A DNA stretch of 34,039 nucleotides from a virus, in the IMG/VR virus record IMGVR_UViG_3300045988_147030, positions 1-34,039 of that record. One strand, given 5' to 3'. The notes below the pieces were generated by a model. That model did no database searches. It had not been told where the DNA came from and worked only from the letters and a program-made list of their open reading frames with translations. A program made the translations under genes and the position numbers. Below, in pieces: positions 1 through 5,836 of the stretch. Every line of letters begins with the position of its first letter. Position 1 is the stretch's first letter.

Positions 1-45
1 GGCTTCCCAAGCCGAAGGTCACGAGTTCGAGCCTCGCATTCCGCT
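1..45 (+). tRNA. tRNA-Gly: 3' portion of tRNA-Gly(CCC); the 5' part lies upstream of the window
   Basis: Anticodon loop UUCCCAA (CCC at nt 6-8). Variable loop AGGUC. T-arm ACGAG-UUCGAGC-CUCGC. Acceptor 3' strand AUUCCGC. Discriminator U at nt 45, as in bacterial tRNA-Gly. Confidence 0.7.
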
Positions 46-47
46 CA
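1..47 (+). repeat. attL core (47-bp direct repeat)
   Basis: Identical to 33993-34039. Confidence 0.9.
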
Positions 48-173
48 ATAGTTAAGGGCGATGAAAATCAATTAGTTAGATTGAATCATCCGTCCTTATT
101 TCTTTGCTAAAACTAAAATTTTACCCTCAAAATTGGGGCGCAAAGTGTGACATTTTGCGGCAAAATATGGCCG

Positions 174-210
174 ATTCGTGACTAATTCGGGACTAAAAAC
201 AAAATCAACG
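174..210 (+). promoter_or_regulatory. Putative integrase arm-type sites (ATTCGTGACT and AATTCGGGACT in tandem, then AAAAACAAAATCAACG)
   Basis: AATTCGGGACT recurs at 33904-33914 and 33927-33937. An extended imperfect match of about 26 nt links 184-210 to 33927-33952. Confidence 0.45.
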
Positions 211-212
211 TT

Positions 213-1442
213 ATGGCAAAGGTATCGTACTATCTCAAAAACGTCAAGGCGGGCGAAGAGGCGCCGCTCTACCTCAAGATCTCGCACGACTACAAAAGCG
301 CCCTGCTGTTGGCCGGCAAGATCCGGCCGGAGGACTGGGATCCGGTGCACCAGACCTTCATTGGCCGGAACACCGGATTCCGCAACCGCCTGAAGAATCT
401 CGCGACGCAGGCGGTGGACATCATCACCGACCTGCGCTACTCCGGAGAACTCGCGACGATGACCGCAAGGGATGTCATCGACCGAATCAAACAAGAGGCT
501 TTCGGCGAAAGGCCCGAAAAGAAGGGCGGGGATTTTCTTGCCGCCCTGAAGGATTACCGCGATTCCTGCTACAAGCCCGGGACGCGCGAAGTGTATGACC
601 GGACGGTCAAGGCGCTCACGGCCTTCGACCCGTCAATAGATGAAAGGTCGTTCGACGACATCAACCGCGCCTATCTTGAGCGGTTCGAGCGCCACTGCAT
701 GGACACGATGGCCATAAACTCCATCTCCATCCTGATGCGCAACATACGGACCGTGTTCAACAAGGCCATCGACGACGGAAAAACCGACGCCTACCCTTTC
801 CGTACCTTCAAAATCAAACAGGAGGAGACAAGGAAGAGGGCGCTGACCGCCGAGCAGCTCGCGTGGATCCTCAACATGGAGCCAAGCCCTGGATATGAGG
901 AGGCAAGGGACATTTTCATGCTGTTGTTCTACCTGATAGGCATCAACCTCGCGGACCTTCTCGCGGCGAAAAAGACCTCCGTGAAAAACGGTTACCTCAA
1001 CTACAGACGTGCCAAGACCGGTCGGCTGTATTCCGTGAAGATCGAGCCGGAGGCGGCCGAACTGATCAGGAAATATTCAGGAAAGACGAATCTCGTGAAC
1101 GGCCTTGAGCGATATGCCACCGAGAACTCCTACCTGTCGAAAATCAACAAGCGCCTGAAATACTTGGGGTGCCCAAGGGGCAAGCGCGGCAAGATCTTAG
1201 AGAAGGGCCGCTTTGCCGATCTGTCAACATATTGGTCCCGCCACACGTGGGCGACCATCGCCTATGAGATTGGCATCCCGGTGGACATAATCGGCCAGGC
1301 TCTTGGGCATTCGGACAAATCGCACGACGTCACATTCATATACATCAAGCGAGACCAGAGCAAGGTTGACGAAGCCAACAGGCGGGTAATCGACTACGTG
1401 CTGTACGGCAAGGACTACCGAAAAGAGAAGCCCCAGCCTTAG
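213..1442 (+). CDS. int: Tyrosine site-specific integrase
   Basis: 409 aa with an ATG start. The C-terminal catalytic region contains SRHTWAT...GH motifs and a tyrosine-containing tail. It is adjacent to the tRNA att site. Confidence 0.9.
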   Translation: MAKVSYYLKNVKAGEEAPLYLKISHDYKSALLLAGKIRPEDWDPVHQTFIGRNTGFRNRLKNLATQAVDIITDLRYSGELATMTARDVIDRIKQEAFGERPEKKGGDFLAALKDYRDSCYKPGTREVYDRTVKALTAFDPSIDERSFDDINRAYLERFERHCMDTMAINSISILMRNIRTVFNKAIDDGKTDAYPFRTFKIKQEETRKRALTAEQLAWILNMEPSPGYEEARDIFMLLFYLIGINLADLLAAKKTSVKNGYLNYRRAKTGRLYSVKIEPEAAELIRKYSGKTNLVNGLERYATENSYLSKINKRLKYLGCPRGKRGKILEKGRFADLSTYWSRHTWATIAYEIGIPVDIIGQALGHSDKSHDVTFIYIKRDQSKVDEANRRVIDYVLYGKDYRKEKPQP

Positions 1443-1455
1443 CCGGGGCTCATTG

Positions 1456-1623
1456 TCACATCTTCGCCACCATCTCGTCCACGCACCGCCCGAGGGAGAA
1501 CCCATCGGCCTTGAGCTCGTCGATGCGCCTTCTGGTCTCTGGTTTGATCTTTATGGTGTAGGGGACTTTCGGGGAGCTGCCCGAAGGCTTGCGGCCCGCC
1601 CCCGCTCTCTTGCCGCCTCTCAT
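1456..1623 (-). CDS. Small ribbon-helix-helix-like DNA-binding protein (55 aa; below the ORF-track size cutoff)
   Basis: My own translation: MRGGKRAGAGRKPSGSSPKVPYTIKIKPETRRRIDELKADGFSLGRCVDEMVAKM. There is an ATGA start/stop overlap with the upstream gene at 1620-1623. The pattern is a basic tail, then a beta-strand, then two helices. Confidence 0.6.
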   Translation of the reverse strand: MRGGKRAGAGRKPSGSSPKVPYTIKIKPETRRRIDELKADGFSLGRCVDEMVAKM

Positions 1624-1847
1624 AGCAGATCCCCGTGATTTTCGACAAGCCAGTCGGCCATAAGCCTCATCACGTGCGCCAACTGCGCCGGTGTGTCAGC
1701 CTTGACCGCAAGGCCATCAGGCCACGCCACGCTCTGCGTGTCGTTGAACCTGCCCTCTGTCCACGTCACCGACACGCCCGTAAGGCTGTCGACGCAGTGC
1801 CAGGCGTTCTCAACGCCCGGCACACGAGAGATTATATACCTATTCAT
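1620..1847 (-). CDS. Hypothetical protein (75 aa)
   Basis: ATG start. It overlaps the upstream gene by 8 nt. Third codon positions are G/C-rich, like other phage genes here. Confidence 0.6.
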   Translation of the reverse strand: MNRYIISRVPGVENAWHCVDSLTGVSVTWTEGRFNDTQSVAWPDGLAVKADTPAQLAHVMRLMADWLVENHGDLL

Positions 1848-2136
1848 CTATTAGCACTGTTGAATAAGAGTAAACATCGTGGCAAAAAGCCCTGGTGCCG
1901 TCAGAATATGTCTTGCAGGCGTATAGTGCCTGCTCTTCGCTTTCATAAGCGGCAGCGAGGCCCCAATTTGGCAAGCGTGCGCCATCTTTGAGATCGTTAA
2001 ACATCGACAAAAGGGCTTTGTTGGCCTCTTTGAGGCTGGCGAACTCGTCAACCACGTATGTGGTCGAATTGTGCGCGAAATGCGCATTTCGTGATGCCGT
2101 GTAGGCGTCTGTGGTGCAGATGATCTGTGCTCTCAT
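1840..2136 (-). CDS. Hypothetical protein (98 aa), first gene of a 3-gene accessory operon
   Basis: ATG start, preceded by an AT-rich region that carries a TAnnTTTG box. Confidence 0.6.
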   Translation of the reverse strand: MRAQIICTTDAYTASRNAHFAHNSTTYVVDEFASLKEANKALLSMFNDLKDGARLPNWGLAAAYESEEQALYACKTYSDGTRAFCHDVYSYSTVLIDE

Positions 2137-2162
2137 AACTCTTAGTGTTTTTTTTGTTTATG

Positions 2163-2184
2163 CAAATATACGAAAAAATATTTG
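2163..2184 (-). promoter_or_regulatory. Putative Bacteroidota-type -7 box (TATATTTG) overlapped by the inverted repeat CAAATAT-N8-ATATTTG
   Basis: The minus-strand TATATTTG at 2163-2170 lies about 27 nt upstream of the ATG at 2136. Inverted-repeat arms are at 2163-2169 and 2178-2184. Confidence 0.4.
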
Positions 2185-2270
2185 AATTTAGTACACTTTT
2201 TCAAAAAAAAATAACAAAATAATTGCGTCACCAGAAAAGATGCCGCAAAGAAATAAAAGAGCGTAACCCG

Positions 2271-2399
2271 TCAGCCCAACTTGTCCATCAGTGACCTGAC
2301 CAGATCCTTGAGTTCGCCGACTGATCCCTCTATCGCGTCAAAACTCTTCTCGTTCTCCCTCTTCTCCCTGTATGCCGGATTGAAATCTGACTTCATCAT
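2271..2399 (-). CDS. Small acidic hypothetical protein (42 aa)
   Basis: My own translation: MMKSDFNPAYREKRENEKSFDAIEGSVGELKDLVRSLMDKLG. Third codon positions are G/C-biased. Confidence 0.4.
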   Translation of the reverse strand: MMKSDFNPAYREKRENEKSFDAIEGSVGELKDLVRSLMDKLG

Positions 2400-2529
2400 A
2401 TTCTAAAAGGTTTTAATTTTAACGATATGCGTAAATGCGGACGGATGGGTACCCACCCTTGAAAACTTGACGCACGCAAAAGAAAATCGGCGATTCCAAT
2501 ATTTCAAAGAGCGTGCGTGAACACGCCCG

Positions 2530-3042
2530 TTAAAGCCTGAGATAGAATCCGCCCGTCACTCCGAGCCCGGCGTTCACCCTGCCGGAAGGGGTTACCAATA
2601 CAGAAGGGCCGACCGCAACCCCGAATCCCCACCTCTTTGCTTCCACGGTGTAGCCTTTTGTGATGATCTTAGTCTGCGGATAGACCTCGACATACTCCAG
2701 CTTCGTCCTGAAGCCGCTGACCCCGATGTCGTAGTTGTCGCCCGTGTAGCGGCTGAATATGATGGGCACCTCGACCTCCACCGTGTCGTGGACAAAGATA
2801 GTATCGGAAGGCTGGACGGCCGCGAGCCGCACCGTGTCAACCCTGACCGTCCTGATTTCTTTCAGAACCGGCCTGTAATCGACGAATGTGTCGCGGATGA
2901 TTAACGTATCCGTCCGCTCGACAACGTGGGCGCAGCGGCCGCTTCTGCCCCCAAGGAAGCCGAGCCCCAAGGCAAGCAGCACCGCCGCCGCGAACACCGC
3001 GGTCGTTTTCGGTCGTTTTCGGTCGTTTTCGGTCGTTGCCAT
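2530..3042 (-). CDS. Membrane-anchored beta-rich protein (possible lysis or outer-membrane accessory protein)
   Basis: The first ATG is at 3042; the track start at 3051 is TTG. An N-terminal TM segment (AVFAAAVLLALGLGFL) is followed by a beta-strand-like C-terminus ending GGFYLRL. Confidence 0.6.
   Translation of the reverse strand: MATTENDRKRPKTTAVFAAAVLLALGLGFLGGRSGRCAHVVERTDTLIIRDTFVDYRPVLKEIRTVRVDTVRLAAVQPSDTIFVHDTVEVEVPIIFSRYTGDNYDIGVSGFRTKLEYVEVYPQTKIITKGYTVEAKRWGFGVAVGPSVLVTPSGRVNAGLGVTGGFYLRL
3001..3037 (-). repeat. 10-nt tandem repeat GGTCGTTTTC, 3.7 copies, inside the 5' coding region
   Basis: Read directly at 3001-3010, 3011-3020, 3021-3030 and partially at 3031-3037. It encodes TTENDRKRPKTT. 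Confidence 0.9.
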
Positions 3043-3268
3043 AAATCTCAATTAAAAGTCCCCCGCGCCTCCCGGCGGGGAGGACAGAAACAAAAAAAAC
3101 TAATACTAAGAGTAACCGCCCCGATTGAGGCCGGGGCGCGGCCTTGTCTTGATCCCCCAAAGTAGGCTTGCATGCAGAGGCAATGGGGGTTATGTCTCAA
3201 AAAACGGAAATCTTCTTGTACTACAACTTGTAGTATAGGACTTATTCGGCGAAATCCACCCTGTGCAG

Positions 3269-3424
3269 TCAACCGCAGAGCCGGTCGGGCAGTTCCCGCT
3301 CGTCATTATCCTCCGTGTTGTTCGCAAGGTCCGCCACCCTGTCAAGCAGGACGGTTCTGTTTATCTCGTCCTCGGACATCCGCAGCGTGTCCTTGTCCGT
3401 CTCAACGTCAATCATTCTTTTCAT
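3269..3424 (-). CDS. Small acidic hypothetical protein (51 aa)
   Basis: My own translation: MKRMIDVETDKDTLRMSEDEINRTVLLDRVADLANNTEDNDERELPDRLCG. Third codon positions are G/C-biased. Confidence 0.4.
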   Translation of the reverse strand: MKRMIDVETDKDTLRMSEDEINRTVLLDRVADLANNTEDNDERELPDRLCG

Positions 3425-3517
3425 ATAATTCAATATAATAGCGTTAAATTCTATTTCTTTGCGTCCGAATCATTTTCCTGACCTCACGAAAATGGTCGCC
3501 GCGATTAACTTGCTGCG

Positions 3518-3550
3518 ATTCGGCTATAATTCGGCTGTAATTCGGCTGTA
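3518..3550. repeat. 11-nt tandem repeat ATTCGGCT(A/G)TA, 3 copies
   Basis: Read directly. It abuts the stop codon of the 3552-3965 gene and shares the AATTCGG core with the att-proximal repeats. Confidence 0.85.
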
Positions 3551-3551
3551 A

Positions 3552-3965
3552 TCACCGCCTGACCCCTCCAAGCTCATCCGCCCACTTCTCTGTGAAAAAA
3601 GAGTAATAGTCTACCTCCTGCAGTCTTCGGAACGTGGAGTGCGCCCACGCCCAAAGCAGGGACGGAAGCCCTATCACGACAAGATAAAGCCATCCGAGCC
3701 AAGCCGACTGCCTCGTGTGCCCATACTCGTGGCCGATGGTGTCGCGGACGTAGGACGAGCTGTTGTTGCGGTACTTCCGCGGCAGGATGATGAACCTGCC
3801 CAGACTGATGCCGCCCCTCATCCTCTCCGAATAGAGAATGCGCGCGTCACCATAGGGAACTTCCATACAGTCGCAGTCCACGCTGTAAACCTGGAAGAGG
3901 ATGAACCCCAAAAGGTTCTGCGGCAACTCCCACAGAATCCTTAGAAAATCGATGAAACCTTTCAT
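3552..3965 (-). CDS. Small membrane protein with an HExxH motif (zincin-like, DUF3267-like)
   Basis: 137 aa. The motif is GHEYGH. Hydrophobic segments include LLGFILF and WLGWLYLVVIGLPSLLWAW. Confidence 0.55.
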   Translation of the reverse strand: MKGFIDFLRILWELPQNLLGFILFQVYSVDCDCMEVPYGDARILYSERMRGGISLGRFIILPRKYRNNSSSYVRDTIGHEYGHTRQSAWLGWLYLVVIGLPSLLWAWAHSTFRRLQEVDYYSFFTEKWADELGGVRR

Positions 3966-4018
3966 AATCCGTCAATATATCAGCGTTCAACGTAAATAAA
4001 TTGTCAAAATCTGACAAC

Positions 4019-4465
4019 TCAAAGAGCCTTGTACTCGCTGGTCGCGTCGAAGCACGGGCACGCCTTCTTGGCGAAATCCCTATGCCCGCGTATCTCAGCG
4101 TTCGGGTACTTGGCTTTCAGTTCCCTCAGGAGTTTCAGAAGAGCCTCCCTCTGCGCCAGCGTCCTCGTGTCCTTTGCCTTGCCCGATTTGTCAAGGCCTC
4201 CCACGTAGCACACGCCTATGCTGTCCGTGTTGCGCCCGGCGCAGTGCGCCCCGATCTCGCCCTCCGGCCTTCCGACGTGCACCGTGCCGTCAAGGTAGAC
4301 GACATAATGGTAGCCGATGGTGCGGAAGCCTCTTGCCTTGTGCCACCTCGTTATCTCGTCCGTGGTCACCCACCGTCCCTCCGGCGTGGCCGTGCAGTGG
4401 ACTATGATTAAGTTAATCTTCCTTGGCATAGCTTTTATCCTCCTTTTCGCTTTCAGGCGAGCCAT
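4019..4465 (-). CDS. N-acetylmuramoyl-L-alanine amidase endolysin (T7-lysozyme/PGRP type)
   Basis: Motifs IIVHCTATPEG, GYHYVV, AHCAG and a C-terminal GHRD...CPCF. An alternative ATG start lies at 4429. Confidence 0.9.
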   Translation of the reverse strand: MARLKAKRRIKAMPRKINLIIVHCTATPEGRWVTTDEITRWHKARGFRTIGYHYVVYLDGTVHVGRPEGEIGAHCAGRNTDSIGVCYVGGLDKSGKAKDTRTLAQREALLKLLRELKAKYPNAEIRGHRDFAKKACPCFDATSEYKAL

Positions 4466-4961
4466 CCCCGTCCTTGCCTATCACCACCGCGCCCTCGATG
4501 TTCGCGCCTGTCTTGGCTTCGACAACCGCCTCTATGACCTTTGCCGCGTCAACCTTAACGCGCGCCTTGTGGCCGAACTTCCAGAAGTACCAGTTCTGGA
4601 CGATGGAGATCAGCTCCACGCCTATGACTACGAGCATCAGCCCGGTCTCGATGACGGTGTAGCCGGTAGCCACGGCCAAAGACGAAGCAAGCACCACCCA
4701 GCAGAAGTACTCCACCGCCTTCCCGATCGTGCGCCTGATCGCCCTGCTTATCCTGATCCGGTCGCCCTTCCTCTTGGCGGCCCTGATGCCGAACACGAGG
4801 TCGATCAGGATGACCACGGCGGCTATGACAAGATACGGCAGCATCCTCTCGAAAGATTGTTGGAAAAACAATAACAGCGTGGCCGAGATGCCCGTGCCGA
4901 CCACGACACTCCCCGTGGAAGCCTCGTCCGCGAGGATGTGGGCGTTGAAATTTTCCATCAT
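4413..4961 (-). CDS. Holin-family membrane protein
   Basis: 182 aa with several TM segments and a charged C-terminal tail. It lies immediately upstream of the amidase and overlaps it. Confidence 0.7.
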   Translation of the reverse strand: MMENFNAHILADEASTGSVVVGTGISATLLLFFQQSFERMLPYLVIAAVVILIDLVFGIRAAKRKGDRIRISRAIRRTIGKAVEYFCWVVLASSLAVATGYTVIETGLMLVVIGVELISIVQNWYFWKFGHKARVKVDAAKVIEAVVEAKTGANIEGAVVIGKDGDGSPESEKEDKSYAKED

Positions 4962-4969
4962 ACAGAATC

Positions 4970-5557
4970 TTAGATGCTGATGACAAGCGGCAGGTGGTCG
5001 GACATCGCGAAGCCGTCGTCATAGACGGAGCAATCGACTCCGGCCAACCCCTTCGTGACACAGTGGTCTATGTCTCCTTGCGCGCCCGTAGTATAATTCT
5101 TGAACGTATAGCAGCCTCTCTTAGGCATCGGCACCTTGAGATTGTCGGCTACACTTATGTAAGTCTGGTTGAAATCGCCAACCACCAAGCATGGCTCTTT
5201 CATCCGCCCTTTGATTTGCCGCCAAGCCCTGTCCATGCATTTCCGCCATGTTCCGTGAACATTGATTATGCGTATTCCGCCAATCTTTGCGGCGTTGTGG
5301 TGGACCGCGAACCACAGCGGCCTCGACTTGATTCCCTTGCGTACATAGATGTGATGAGAGATCGAGAGGCCGACACGGCGGTAGCCTTTAGGTATCCAGA
5401 GGTTCGCGGGGAACGACAGCTCCTGAAGACACAGCACGTCAGGGTCCTGCTCCAGGATGAAGCTCCTGACGCGCTCCATCCTTTTCACCCAGAACCTTTC
5501 GGAAGCCCGTTTGGTGTCCCTTGTCCAGACGCGGCAGTTCAGTGATATTATCTTCAT
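4970..5557 (-). CDS. Endonuclease/exonuclease/phosphatase (EEP) fold protein, minimal 195-aa form
   Basis: EEP catalytic motifs appear in order: SLNCR (Asn), CLQE (Glu), VVGDFN, and a C-terminal SDHLP (Asp-His). Confidence 0.8.
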   Translation of the reverse strand: MKIISLNCRVWTRDTKRASERFWVKRMERVRSFILEQDPDVLCLQELSFPANLWIPKGYRRVGLSISHHIYVRKGIKSRPLWFAVHHNAAKIGGIRIINVHGTWRKCMDRAWRQIKGRMKEPCLVVGDFNQTYISVADNLKVPMPKRGCYTFKNYTTGAQGDIDHCVTKGLAGVDCSVYDDGFAMSDHLPLVISI

Positions 5558-5575
5558 GGCCGTTCCTCCGCGATG

Positions 5576-5836
5576 TCAGCCGGAACCGTGTCCGCGTCGT
5601 CCCGTGTCCGCGTCGTCCGGAACCTCCGCGTCAAGGGCGGCCAGCCCGGCCTCGGCCTCGTTGATCTCCGCGCGCCACGTCCTCCTCTCCGCAAGGACGG
5701 CGGCGTACTCCTCCGCCGTGGCCGCGCCCTCAGCGATCTTTGCCGCCACGTAGTCCGTCTCCTTCAGTTTCGCCTCCCTGTCCCTGACGAGGGAGTACAG
5801 GACATTCCTTCTGTCCTCGATTTCCTGTCTTGTCAT
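5576..5836 (-). CDS. Hypothetical coiled-coil protein (86 aa); weak resemblance to tail-fibre-assembly chaperone motifs
   Basis: The ATG at 5836 starts MTRQEIEDRR.... Third codon positions are G/C-rich. It overlaps the RT ORF tail by 107 nt. Confidence 0.5.
   Translation of the reverse strand: MTRQEIEDRRNVLYSLVRDREAKLKETDYVAAKIAEGAATAEEYAAVLAERRTWRAEINEAEAGLAALDAEVPDDADTGRRGHGSG

Noticed and set aside
96-494. 132-aa minus-strand ORF at the left end
   Set aside because: It lies entirely antisense to the integrase gene and is not protein-like.
1428-1449. Hairpin AGCCCC-N10-GGGGCT between the convergent int and RHH genes as a terminator
   Set aside because: It has no flanking U-tract on either strand, and part of it lies within the integrase coding sequence.
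1439-1648. 69-aa ORF from the track downstream of the 75-aa gene
   Set aside because: Its product is Arg/Gly-rich. A different frame gives a convincing 55-aa RHH-like protein (1456-1623) with an ATGA coupling to the upstream gene.
4019-5557. Embedded or overlapping spanin genes within the lysis cassette
   Set aside because: I could not find a lipobox-containing small ORF or an embedded ORF pair by eye. The absence is noted but not proven.
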